Part shown: positions 25,725 through 34,438 of the stretch, in pieces | Layout: every line of letters begins with the position of its first letter | How positions within the stretch are numbered: position 1 is the first letter of the stretch | DNA from: Candidatus Taenariivivens baikalensis | GTDB lineage: Bacteria > Omnitrophota > Omnitrophia > Omnitrophales > Aquincolibacteriaceae | Assembly (NCBI GenBank): GCA_009691445.1 | Contig: SICL01000004.1 | Location: 30,708 to 94,707 of the forward strand | Direction: 5' to 3' | DNA: 64,000 nucleotides | Notes under the pieces: model-generated | Told to the model about the DNA's origin: nothing | The model's database searches: none | Seen by the model: the letters and a program-made list of their open reading frames with translations, nothing else | Program-made: the position numbers and the translations under genes

Positions 25725-26420
25725 TCACAAACTACTTAAAGATAATTTAAAACCAGGACCTTGGGTCGAGGCAATCGTCGCATTACGGATGAACTCCCCC
25801 TTGGCCGTCGCGGGCTTGGAATCCTGAACCGCCTTCACAAGAACCTTAATATTTTCCACCAAGTTTTTTTCCGCAAAAGAGAGCTTACCGCAAATCGCGT
25901 GCAACCCACCGGTCTTGTCGCTCTTGAACTCCACACGTCCAGCCTTAAGCTCTTCAACGGCTTTAGCGACGTTCGGAGTAACCGTTCCAGTTTTTGGAGA
26001 AGGCATAAGCCCCTTAGGCCCAAGAACCCGACCCAGCTTACTGACCTCGCGCATCATATCGGGGTGAGCAACCACCGCATCAAAATCCATCCAACCCGCC
26101 AAAATCTTCTGAACCAGCTCCTCAGCCCCCACCGCATCAGCACCTGCTTTTTCAGCAACCTTCGCCAACTCACCCTTACAAAAACAAATAACCCGGACTT
26201 TTTGCCCTGTTCCATGAGGAAGCGAAACAGCACCGCGAATATTCTCCGTTCCAGATGCGGTTTTAATCCCGAGCTGAAAATTAATCGTTATCGTTTCATC
26301 GTATTTTTGGTTATCAATCGATTTGATCGCCTTAAGCGCCTCTTGAAGATCATAGCGACGCTCCCGGATAACCAACTGACTTCTTTTTTGATAACGCTTA
26401 CTTCTGACTAATGTCGGCAT
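25725..26420 (-). CDS. rplA: 50S ribosomal protein L1
   Basis: [25 protein letters not shown]. Confidence 0.98.
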   Translation of the reverse strand: MPTLVRSKRYQKRSQLVIRERRYDLQEALKAIKSIDNQKYDETITINFQLGIKTASGTENIRGAVSLPHGTGQKVRVICFCKGELAKVAEKAGADAVGAEELVQKILAGWMDFDAVVAHPDMMREVSKLGRVLGPKGLMPSPKTGTVTPNVAKAVEELKAGRVEFKSDKTGGLHAICGKLSFAEKNLVENIKVLVKAVQDSKPATAKGEFIRNATIASTQGPGFKLSLSSL

Positions 26421-26433
26421 AACTTTTTCTCTC

Positions 26434-26859
26434 TTATTTAATGATTTCAAGCCCCATACTACGAGCCGTACCTTCTACAATTCTGACCGCGCTTTCAATT
26501 TTCGTAGTATTTAAATCCACCATCTTCGCGCGCGCAACCTCTAAAACCTGCTCCCTTGTTACCTTTCCAAGCATGACCCGCCCTGGCTCCGAAGACGCCT
26601 TCGCAAGCCCCGCAGCCATTTTCAAGGCAATTGCCACCGGGGGAGTTTTAATAATGAAGGTAAACGATTTATCTTTATAAACCGTAAGAAGCACCGGCAA
26701 AATTATACCGGGGCGATCTTTGCTCTGGTCATTAAACTTCTTACAGAAATCCATAATATTAACGCCGTGCTGCCCTAAAGCGGGACCAATTGGCGGTGCA
26801 GGATTTGCTTGCCCACCTGGAATCTGCAACTTAATTTTCGTTACAATCTCTTTCGCCAT
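26434..26859 (-). CDS. rplK: 50S ribosomal protein L11
   Basis: [23 protein letters not shown]. Confidence 0.99.
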   Translation of the reverse strand: MAKEIVTKIKLQIPGGQANPAPPIGPALGQHGVNIMDFCKKFNDQSKDRPGIILPVLLTVYKDKSFTFIIKTPPVAIALKMAAGLAKASSEPGRVMLGKVTREQVLEVARAKMVDLNTTKIESAVRIVEGTARSMGLEIIK

Positions 26860-26860
26860 A

Positions 26861-27394
26861 CTAAATTCTCTCCACTTGCCAGTATTCTAATTCAACCGGG
26901 GTTGAGCGCCCAAAAATCGCCACCATCACTTTAAGCTTCCCACGATTCGGATTTACTTCATCGATAGTGCCATTAAAATTTGCAAAAGCCCCTTCTTTAA
27001 CCCGAACACTTTCCCCTTCCATAAATTCAACCTTAGGCTTGGGCTTAGAAGTCTTCTCTTCCTGCTGCTGAAGGATTTTATTCACTTCATCTTCCGAGAG
27101 TGGAATTGGATTTTTTCCCGAACCCACAAAACCAGTAATACCATTGGTGTTTTTAACGAGATACCAACTCTCGTCCGTAAGCTCCATCTGCACCAGAATG
27201 TATCCCGGAAAAAATTTGCGCTCACTAATGCGCTTCTTACCGTCTTTAACTTCACTCACTTTTTCAGTCGGGATCAGAACCTTTTGAATTTTATCGGCCA
27301 TACCGCATGTTATAGCCCGATTTTCAAGACTAGCCTTCGCCTTCGACTCAATACCCGTCTGTGTGTGAACTACATACCATTTTGCATCAGCCAT
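26861..27394 (-). CDS. nusG: transcription factor NusG
   Basis: [25 protein letters not shown]. Confidence 0.99.
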   Translation of the reverse strand: MADAKWYVVHTQTGIESKAKASLENRAITCGMADKIQKVLIPTEKVSEVKDGKKRISERKFFPGYILVQMELTDESWYLVKNTNGITGFVGSGKNPIPLSEDEVNKILQQQEEKTSKPKPKVEFMEGESVRVKEGAFANFNGTIDEVNPNRGKLKVMVAIFGRSTPVELEYWQVERI

Positions 27395-27398
27395 AGAA

Positions 27399-27584
27399 TT
27401 ACCCAAGGATTAGCCTAACCGCCCACGCCAAAAAAATATCTGCAAAACCAATCAAACAGCCCATCAAAAAAGTGGTCACGATCACAACGCCCGTCGCTTG
27501 AACAATTTCATTCCGACTCGGCCACGTGACCTTTTTTAGTTCCTGCCTAGTTTCTTCGATAAAGCCAGTAAATCTACCGAACAT
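27399..27584 (-). CDS. secE: preprotein translocase SecE
   Basis: ELKKVTWPSR plus one TM helix. Confidence 0.97.
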   Translation of the reverse strand: MFGRFTGFIEETRQELKKVTWPSRNEIVQATGVVIVTTFLMGCLIGFADIFLAWAVRLILG

Positions 27585-27618
27585 ATTCTTCCGTCCGTTT
27601 TATTTTCGCAATCAAACT

Positions 27619-27693
27619 CAGGCCTGGCAGGATTCGAACCTGCAACAAGCGGTTTTGGAGACCGCCGCTCTAGCCAGTTGGAGCTACAGGCCT
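27619..27693 (-). tRNA. tRNA-Trp(CCA), 3' CCA not encoded
   Basis: AGGCCTG acceptor, GCGGT-CTCCAAA-ACCGC anticodon arm, GGTTCGAATCC T-arm. Confidence 0.97.
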
Positions 27694-27720
27694 CCGTGCC
27701 TTTAACGACGTCAATCCGTA

Positions 27721-27870
27721 CTATTTATGTTCCCGATGCAGAACATGCTTTCTGCAAAAAGGACAAAATTTCCGGCGCTCCAAGCGTTCCGTAGTTATTT
27801 TTTTATTCTTACGCGTCGAATAGTTTTTGCGCTTGCACTCGGTGCAAGCTAAGGAAATAATCTCTCGCAT
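27721..27870 (-). CDS. rpmG: 50S ribosomal protein L33 (Zn-binding type); absent from ORF track
   Basis: Manual translation [49 protein letters not shown]. Confidence 0.98.
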   Translation of the reverse strand: MREIISLACTECKRKNYSTRKNKKITTERLERRKFCPFCRKHVLHREHK

Positions 27871-27896
27871 CGATCACTCTACTTTTGTGTATTTTT

Positions 27897-27940
27897 TAAT
27901 CACAGAAATTCTTACGGCGAAAATAAATTCTCTGCGATTA
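27897..27940 (-). other. stem-loop downstream of tuf
   Basis: Transcript TAATCGCAGA...TCTGTGATTA pairs over 10 bp including one G-U. Confidence 0.5.
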
Positions 27941-27995
27941 GAAATGTTCGCCAATTAAATGGAATTTAAAATCAGAGCGAGGAAAGAAAAACGAT

Positions 27996-29195
27996 TTACT
28001 CGATGATTTGACTCACCACGCCAGCACCAACCGTCTTACCGCCTTCACGAATAGCAAACCGAAGCTCTTTCTCCATAGCCACCGGCATAATGAGCTCAGC
28101 CTCGATCGCTACGTTATCACCAGGCATAACCATCTCAGTACCCGCCGGTAACTTAACCACACCAGTCACGTCAGTGGTCCTGAAATAAAATTGAGGACGA
28201 TAACCATTGAAGAAAGACGTGTGCCGTCCACCCTCTTCTTTACTCAGCACATAAATTTGCGCTTTGAATTTTTTGTGGGGCTTAACAGATCCAGGCGCAG
28301 CCAAAACCATCCCTCTTTCAATCTGGTCTTTTTCGACTCCACGCAGGAGAAGACCGACATTTTCTCCAGCATGCGCATCATCCAATATCTTACGAAACAT
28401 TTCAATTCCCGTAACAATCGTTTTACTCGTGGCTTCTTTAAGACCCACGATTTCGAGCTCCGCACCCACCTTCACCTGGCCTCTCTCAATACGCCCTGTT
28501 CCCACAGTTCCACGACCAGAGATAGAAAACACATCCTCAATCGGCATCAGGAACGGCTTATCAATATCGCGTTTAGGCTCAGGAATACTGTTATCCAAAG
28601 CATCCATCAACTCTTCAATGCATTTAATCGATGCTGGGTCCGTGGGATTCATAGCCGCTTTGAGGCCGGATCCGCGAACTACCGGAATAGTATCTCCGGG
28701 GAATTCATATTTCTTAAGGAGCTCACGAACCTCAAGCTCAACAAGATCAAGCAATTCAGGATCCTCAACTGCATCACACTTATTAAGAAAAACCACAACG
28801 GCGGGAACACCAACTTGGCGGGCGAGAAGAATATGTTCACGAGTCTGAGGCATAGGTCCATCAATGGCAGACACAACCAAAATCGCGCCATCCATCTGCG
28901 CAGCACCGGTGATCATATTTTTAACATAATCGGCGTGGCCCGGGCAATCAACATGAGCATAATGACGCTTAGTAGTATTGTATTCCACGTGGGATACGGC
29001 AATGGTTACAATTTTAGATTCATCACGAACCGTTCCACCCTTAGCAATATCCGAATATTCACGAACATCAGCAAGTCCCTTGGCCGCTAAAACTTTAGTG
29101 ATGGCGCATGTCAGCGTGGTTTTACCGTGGTCTACATGACCAATCGTGCCAACATTCACGTGGGGTCTTGTTCTCTCGAATTTTTCCTTCGCCAT
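27996..29195 (-). CDS. tuf: elongation factor Tu
   Basis: [28 protein letters not shown]. Confidence 0.99.
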   Translation of the reverse strand: MAKEKFERTRPHVNVGTIGHVDHGKTTLTCAITKVLAAKGLADVREYSDIAKGGTVRDESKIVTIAVSHVEYNTTKRHYAHVDCPGHADYVKNMITGAAQMDGAILVVSAIDGPMPQTREHILLARQVGVPAVVVFLNKCDAVEDPELLDLVELEVRELLKKYEFPGDTIPVVRGSGLKAAMNPTDPASIKCIEELMDALDNSIPEPKRDIDKPFLMPIEDVFSISGRGTVGTGRIERGQVKVGAELEIVGLKEATSKTIVTGIEMFRKILDDAHAGENVGLLLRGVEKDQIERGMVLAAPGSVKPHKKFKAQIYVLSKEEGGRHTSFFNGYRPQFYFRTTDVTGVVKLPAGTEMVMPGDNVAIEAELIMPVAMEKELRFAIREGGKTVGAGVVSQIIE

Positions 29196-29273
29196 AACTT
29201 CCTCCTCGACGTTTTAGTCCAGTGATCTTCAACTCATATTAATAGGAAAGCAAAACAATGTCTAAAATTTATC

Positions 29274-29346
29274 AGCTGGAGATGGGGGTTGAACCCATGA
29301 CCTCGTCCTTACCAAGGACGTGCTCTACCAACTGAGCTACTCCAGC
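29274..29346 (-). tRNA. tRNA-Thr(GGT), 3' CCA not encoded
   Basis: GCTGGAG acceptor, CGTCC-TTGGTAA-GGACG anticodon arm, GGTTCAACCCC T-arm. Confidence 0.97.
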
Positions 29347-29403
29347 ATGGCTCAGCCACTGAAACCCATGCAGAGACAGTCCCCGCCTTCATGTAAGGTG
29401 TGC

Positions 29404-29431
29404 ATTATAAGAATGTTCCGATGTGTGTCAA
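29404..29431 (-). promoter_or_regulatory. consensus sigma70 promoter of the tRNA-Thr/tuf supercluster
   Basis: Minus strand TTGACA-N16-TATAAT. Confidence 0.85.
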
Positions 29432-29633
29432 GGGGTTTTTTAGACTTTCAAAGCCTTTTTTGCTTGTTTCGTTCCCGATTTTTAATCGCTTAAGAAAATA
29501 ATATCGCGAAACCAAAACTCAACTTCAGAACATAAGACGACTAAGATTCGCTTGCTTTATTAACGAAATTCCTCTAGCATAGATCTTCGAATTTATTTAA
29601 ACTGGCCTACAGTCATTCCAAAAGGTAGATATT

Positions 29634-30590
29634 ATGAAAGAGGAGAATCCTTTGCCCCAAAACACCTTGTCCGACCCCGCTGAATCAATAGAAGGCTCCG
29701 CTTCAGCCCCCATATCCGACGTTACTCGTGCAGATAAAAGCACTCATCCCACGAGAAAACCCACTGCTTTTGACTGGCCCGTTGCGCTTTTCATGGTAGG
29801 TGTCCACCTAGTTGCTCTCTTGGGCTTTTTTACTTTTTCCTGGAAAGCACTTGGCGTATGTTTGCTGCTTCACTGGATCACGGGCGGACTAGGAATCACT
29901 CTTTGTTATCACCGGCTTTTGACGCACCGAAGCTTTCAAACTCCGAAGTGGATGGAATATTTTTTGTCGATACTCGGCTCTTTAGCCTGCCAAGGCGGTC
30001 CCTTAACTTGGGTTGCGGTTCACCGGATGCATCACGCTCAGTCAGATCAACCCTTAGATCCACACAGCCCACGTCATGGTTTTTTCTGGGCCCATATGGG
30101 TTGGTGCCTTCACGCCGTCACGGGAGTCGCCACCTCTGAAGAAAAAACGAAGCTAGCTCCAGATCTCGCCAAAGACCCTGTCCACGCATGGCTCGATAAA
30201 GTGCAGCTTATTTGGTCTGCTCCTTTAGCTTGGGGACTTTACGCTTTAGGCGGATGGCCTTTTGTTATTTGGGGCATTTTCGTAAGACTCGTCACGGTTT
30301 ATCACACGACATGGGCTGTCAATTCGGCGGCTCACGTATGGGGCTATAAAAATTATAAAAGCGACGACGATTCAACGAATCTCTGGTGGGTCGCGCTCGC
30401 AACTTTCGGTGAAGGATGGCACAACAACCATCACGCGTTTCAATTCTCCGCCAGACATGGCCTCAAGTGGTGGGAGCTTGACGCTACTTATTTAACCATT
30501 CAGCTTCTTGAAAAACTAGGGATTGCTACCGCCATAAAACTCCCCTCTCAACATCTCTTGAATACTAAACTCCCCTCTCATTCGCGTTAA
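29634..30590 (+). CDS. membrane fatty acid desaturase (delta-9 / DesC-like)
   Basis: Three His boxes HRLLTH, HRMHH, GEGWHNNHH; TM segments. Confidence 0.95.
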   Translation: MKEENPLPQNTLSDPAESIEGSASAPISDVTRADKSTHPTRKPTAFDWPVALFMVGVHLVALLGFFTFSWKALGVCLLLHWITGGLGITLCYHRLLTHRSFQTPKWMEYFLSILGSLACQGGPLTWVAVHRMHHAQSDQPLDPHSPRHGFFWAHMGWCLHAVTGVATSEEKTKLAPDLAKDPVHAWLDKVQLIWSAPLAWGLYALGGWPFVIWGIFVRLVTVYHTTWAVNSAAHVWGYKNYKSDDDSTNLWWVALATFGEGWHNNHHAFQFSARHGLKWWELDATYLTIQLLEKLGIATAIKLPSQHLLNTKLPSHSR

Positions 30591-30662
30591 AGGATGATCA
30601 AATATTATTTTTAGCTCCCGTTGATCCGCTTGTGATTTCAGCCGCACCTTTCGCCTTTTCGC

Positions 30663-30694
30663 CTCGGGTGGAGAAAATCCTTCTACCATCCGAG
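30663..30694. terminator. hairpin between convergent desaturase and tRNA-Gly
   Basis: CTCGGGTGG-AGAA-AATCC-TTCT-A-CCATCCGAG. Confidence 0.4.
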
Positions 30695-30809
30695 ACTTAA
30701 AAGGTTTGTGGAATTAAATCGTTAAAACTTTCTCTCTATTTCATGATTTTTTGAAGATAAGAATAATATGAAGCGCACTCCTCATAAGCACAATAGCCTT
30801 TGAGATCGC

Positions 30810-30883
30810 TGGAGCGGGTGGAGGGAATCGAACCCTCATAGCAAGCTTGGAAGGCTAGCACTTTACCATTAAGCTACACCCGC
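30810..30883 (-). tRNA. tRNA-Gly(TCC) with encoded CCA
   Basis: GCGGGTG acceptor, CTTCCAA loop, GGTTCGATTCC T-arm, TCCA end. Confidence 0.97.
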
Positions 30884-30902
30884 ATTAAGGAAAGGAAACG
30901 CC

Positions 30903-30931
30903 ATTATAGGAATCCGACCCCCGCCTGTCAA
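30903..30931 (-). promoter_or_regulatory. consensus sigma70 promoter of tRNA-Gly
   Basis: Minus strand TTGACA-N17-TATAAT. Confidence 0.85.
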
Positions 30932-30940
30932 TTTCATAAA

Positions 30941-31034
30941 AGAGCTTTCCGTGGTCAGCAATCGCCTTGCCGTAAAAAATAATTAGCCACGTGGTTTTTT
31001 TTCTGAAAGCTGGTTGCTGACAGCAGAAAGCTCT
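30941..31034. repeat. 7-nt-periodic inverted repeat (TCAG/CTGA type), degenerate
   Basis: AGAGCTTTC CGTGGTC AGCAATC ... CTGAAAG CTGGTTG CTGACAG CAGAAAG CTCT. Confidence 0.6.
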
Positions 31035-31045
31035 TGCTGTAGAAT
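31017..31045 (+). promoter_or_regulatory. probable gpmA promoter
   Basis: CTGACA-N17-TAGAAT. Confidence 0.55.
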
Positions 31046-31181
31046 TACGAAAAATCAGGGGCGATTCTCCGGCGCATTCATCGCCTTGTCAAATATTGAA
31101 AATATTCAATCCGAATTAACGAGAATGAAATCGTTTATGACCTACCGGCAGGCCGGGAACCGTCCCTAAAATGGAGAGCTT

Positions 31182-31820
31182 ATGCCCACGCTAATTTTGA
31201 TTCGTCACGGAGAGTCTCAATGGAATTTGGAAAATCGGTTTACCGGCTGGGTGGATGTTGAACTCAGTGAAAAAGGAAGAAAAGAAGCTGACTCGGCGGG
31301 GATAAAACTCAAGGATTACAAGATCGACAAGGCCTACACTTCCGTCCTTAAACGCGCTATAAATACACTTGATCTCGCTATGAAATCAGCCGGAAAAACC
31401 GCCGTCCCCATCATCCGTGACGGCGCCTTAAACGAACGGCACTACGGAGCGCTTCAAGGACTCAACAAAGCAGAAACTGCCAAAAAATACAGCGATGAGC
31501 AAGTGCACATTTGGCGTCGAAGCTATGACATCCCTCCCCCAAAAGATAAAACCGAATTTAACCCGGAGGGCATCAGTGAAAGTTTAAAAGACACGGCCGC
31601 CCGCACGCTCCCCTACTTTCGAAGCCACGTGATGATGGATCTACGAGAAGGAAAGAATGTGATCATTGCCGCGCACGGCAACAGCCTTCGTTCGATTGTG
31701 ATGGAGCTGGATAAAATGACCAAGGAACAAGTTTTGAATCTGAATATTCCGACCGCATTGCCCATTATTTATGAGTTTGATAAAAATTTGAACATCCTTT
31801 CGAAAAAATCGCTGCTGTAG
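31182..31820 (+). CDS. gpmA: 2,3-BPG-dependent phosphoglycerate mutase
   Basis: RHGESQWN, LNERHYGALQGLNK, AHGNSLR. Confidence 0.97.
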   Translation: MPTLILIRHGESQWNLENRFTGWVDVELSEKGRKEADSAGIKLKDYKIDKAYTSVLKRAINTLDLAMKSAGKTAVPIIRDGALNERHYGALQGLNKAETAKKYSDEQVHIWRRSYDIPPPKDKTEFNPEGISESLKDTAARTLPYFRSHVMMDLREGKNVIIAAHGNSLRSIVMELDKMTKEQVLNLNIPTALPIIYEFDKNLNILSKKSLL

Positions 31821-31843
31821 TCTCATTTTTGTCAAATTGTCTG

Positions 31844-31871
31844 TTGACATTTTTCAGTGATTCGGGATAAT
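31844..31871 (+). promoter_or_regulatory. probable atp-nuo operon promoter
   Basis: TTGACA-N16-GATAAT. Confidence 0.65.
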
Positions 31872-31944
31872 AGTCGCCTCAAGTTTTATCGTAACTAATT
31901 GATGTGATTACAGTTGAGATTTAATTCTCGCCACAGGCACATCA

Positions 31945-32190
31945 TTGACCAGCCAAGAAGGTAATTCCTACCGTTTATTGTGGATGCTTGGAGCTGTCAT
32001 GACACTCCCTGTCATTTTAATAAGCGGTCCCTTTGCCGGATATTTGCTGGGTCATTTTATTTTCTATAAATATTTTGGGATGCCCAAGTGGGGCGTATCC
32101 GCTTTGATCGCATGCGGATTTCTTGCCTCGGGCTTACAAGTGTTTCGATTAATCAAACGCATTAAAGATTCGGATTCGAAAAAGAATTAA
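31945..32190 (+). CDS. AtpZ/AtpI-family small membrane protein
   Basis: Two TM helices, G.LLG..., first gene of atp operon; start codon uncertain. Confidence 0.75.
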   Translation: MTSQEGNSYRLLWMLGAVMTLPVILISGPFAGYLLGHFIFYKYFGMPKWGVSALIACGFLASGLQVFRLIKRIKDSDSKKN

Positions 32191-32191
32191 T

Positions 32192-33013
32192 ATGCCTCAC
32201 GAAGAAGCCGCCGTAGAACACGTCAAGCATCAAGCGCACGAACTTCCCAATCTCATTACGCTTCTTCATGAAAATTTCGAGCACGCCCCCGTTGTTCAGT
32301 TTCTACATCAGTGGGAAAATATTCTTTTCTCTCTCGTCGCCATTTCTCTTCTCGGAATGCTTGCCTTGGGCGGCGCCAAAGCCAACCGTCTGATTCCCGA
32401 AGGCGTTCAAAATTTATTTGAAGCGATCGTGGAAGGAATCACGGGATTCGTCACTGGAATTTTGGGAGAGCAAGGAGAAAAACATGTCCCGTTTTTAGGG
32501 ACGCTCTTTCTTTATATTCTTTTCATGAACTGGATTGGCCTGGTCCCGCTCATGAAGTCCCCCACCTCGGCCTGGAGTACGACGATTGCCGTGGGTCTCA
32601 TTACCATGTTTTATGTTCAAATCACCGGCATCCGCGAACAAGGATTCTTCAATTATCTGAAACATGTCGCGGGCAATCCCTCCAATGGTTTTGGCATTGT
32701 CCTAATTCCTCTGATGCTGGTTTTAAATATTATTCTGGAATTTGGCGCCGTCCCATTTAGTTTGTCGCTTCGTCTTTTTGCCAATGTGTCCAGCGAAGAC
32801 CGTTTACTTTTTAACTTCGCAAGCTTGGATGTGGCGCGGCCGTTTTTACCTTTGTTCTTTCAATTATTTGCGAATGTTCTCGCGATTATTTTTAGTATGG
32901 TGCAAGCGTTTGTGTTTATGCTGCTTTCCACCGTTTACTTGTCGCTTGTGATGCCGCACGGAGATCACAAGCATGAGGATCACGGAGAAGCGGCCGGACA
33001 CCCGGCTCACTAG
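32192..33013 (+). CDS. atpB: ATP synthase Fo subunit a
   Basis: QNLFE, SLSLRLFAN (stator Arg), QAFVFMLL. Confidence 0.97.
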   Translation: MPHEEAAVEHVKHQAHELPNLITLLHENFEHAPVVQFLHQWENILFSLVAISLLGMLALGGAKANRLIPEGVQNLFEAIVEGITGFVTGILGEQGEKHVPFLGTLFLYILFMNWIGLVPLMKSPTSAWSTTIAVGLITMFYVQITGIREQGFFNYLKHVAGNPSNGFGIVLIPLMLVLNIILEFGAVPFSLSLRLFANVSSEDRLLFNFASLDVARPFLPLFFQLFANVLAIIFSMVQAFVFMLLSTVYLSLVMPHGDHKHEDHGEAAGHPAH

Positions 33014-33059
33014 GTTTTTCATTTAGTCATCAACAGCAAAAATCAAAAAGGAGAAGTTC

Positions 33060-33290
33060 ATGGATCCTAAAAGTTTTATCGCAATCGGTGCCCCGCTCGT
33101 TCTCGCATTAACTGCCATGGGATCGGCCGCGGCCTTGGGAAAATCTGTCGCAGCAGCGATGGATGCTACCGCTCGTCAACCGGAAGCCTCCACCAAGATT
33201 CTTGTGAACATGATGGCCGGCTGCGCTTTGATTGAAGCTCTCACGCTTTACGCCCTTGTGTTTGGTTTTTCGCTTTTGGGAAAACTGTAG
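33060..33290 (+). CDS. atpE: ATP synthase Fo subunit c
   Basis: ARQPE loop, ALIEALTLY carboxylate. Confidence 0.97.
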   Translation: MDPKSFIAIGAPLVLALTAMGSAAALGKSVAAAMDATARQPEASTKILVNMMAGCALIEALTLYALVFGFSLLGKL

Positions 33291-33311
33291 TCCGGAAACG
33301 GTTGAACGTTT

Positions 33312-33809
33312 ATGGATTTTTTTAAGCAGAACATCGTACCGGGAGAAGTCCTCATTCAGCTCGTTGCTTTTTTGGTTGTGTTCTTCACACTCAAAAAGCT
33401 CGCCTGGAAACCTGTGCTTACCGCCCTTGAAGACCGGCGCAAACGGATTCAAGACGAGTTCGCGCACCTTGAAAAAACCAGGCAGGAGCTTGAAGCCTTG
33501 AGGGCAGATTACGCTTCCAAACTTCAGAAGATTGAAGATGAGGCGCGCCTCAAGATTCAGCAGACGATTGAAGAAGGCCGCAGGATCGCCAAAGACATCC
33601 AGGACAGGGCCCGCTCCGAAGCTCAGGAAACTTTCGAGAAATCCAAAGAACATCTGAGCGTGGAAGTGGCCAAGGCACGCGTGACCCTGAAACAGGAAAT
33701 CGCGGCGCTGGCTCTTCAAGTGGCGGAAAAAGTCATCGGCGAAAAAATGACCGAGGAACTGCATCAGCACAAGGCGATTCAGATTATTGAGGAGCTTGAG
33801 AAACTATGA
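33312..33809 (+). CDS. atpF: ATP synthase Fo subunit b
   Basis: N-terminal TM, WKPV..LEDRRKRI, coiled coil. Confidence 0.96.
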   Translation: MDFFKQNIVPGEVLIQLVAFLVVFFTLKKLAWKPVLTALEDRRKRIQDEFAHLEKTRQELEALRADYASKLQKIEDEARLKIQQTIEEGRRIAKDIQDRARSEAQETFEKSKEHLSVEVAKARVTLKQEIAALALQVAEKVIGEKMTEELHQHKAIQIIEELEKL

Positions 33810-34342
33810 TCGATCACCGGGTCAGCCGCAGATATGCGGGCGCTTTGATCGGCCTCGTAACTCAGGCAGATGATCTCGAGCGCGTGGATCAGGATTTCAC
33901 CAAAGTCCGGCAAATGATCGGTCAGTATCCGGAGATCACGCATCTGGCTTTGAATTCCACGATTTCCCGGGCAGAGAAAGAGGATTTTATCGAAAAAATC
34001 TTCGGTCCGGAAGTGAGCGGGATCATGATCCATTTTCTCAAGGTGTTGATTGAGAAACACCGCTTTGCCCAGTTGATCGGCATTCAGGAAGAGTTTCACC
34101 GTCTTTATGAAAAGAAAAAAGGCATTCAGCAAGTGGATGTCATTACCGCTGCTGCGCTGAATCCTAAGACCGAAGAGCGCTTGATCCAGGCGCTTCAGAA
34201 AAAATTCCGGACAGAAATCCGGCTTCAAACGCATGTGAACCCCGCGATTCTGGGAGGAATGATCCTTCGTTTCGGCGGGAATGAAATTGATGCAAGCTTT
34301 AAGGACCGACTTTTAAAAATGCGGCGGCTTTTGCTGGCTTAA
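33806..34342 (+). CDS. atpH: ATP synthase F1 delta
   Basis: RRYAGAL, ILGGMILR..EIDAS. Confidence 0.96.
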   Translation: MIDHRVSRRYAGALIGLVTQADDLERVDQDFTKVRQMIGQYPEITHLALNSTISRAEKEDFIEKIFGPEVSGIMIHFLKVLIEKHRFAQLIGIQEEFHRLYEKKKGIQQVDVITAAALNPKTEERLIQALQKKFRTEIRLQTHVNPAILGGMILRFGGNEIDASFKDRLLKMRRLLLA

Positions 34343-34355
34343 TATTATGAATAAT

Positions 34356-34425
34356 GTCATTGCGAGCGAAGCGAAGCAATTTCAGCGCTAAGATTGCCGC
34401 GCTCGCTCCGCTCCCTCGCAATGAC
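34356..34425. repeat. GTCATTGCGAG...CTCGCAATGAC palindromic element (70 bp)
   Basis: 11-bp terminal inverted repeat; 67/70 identical to the reverse complement of 54761-54830. Confidence 0.92.
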
Positions 34426-34438
34426 AAATTAGGAGAAC

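Noticed and set aside
28191-29090. 299-aa plus-strand ORF, and similar long antisense ORFs such as 39-590, 9094-9765, 25761-26411 and 33108-33770
   Set aside because: Antisense shadows of conserved genes (tuf, rpsK/M, rpsC, rplA, atpE/F) with no recognisable motifs.
30600-30800. Possible riboswitch or ncRNA downstream of the desaturase
   Set aside because: Only one clear hairpin, no recognisable aptamer consensus, and it lies between convergent 3' ends.
29347-30809. Integrative element at tRNA-Gly
   Set aside because: No integrase and no duplicated tRNA 3' end (att) found by eye.
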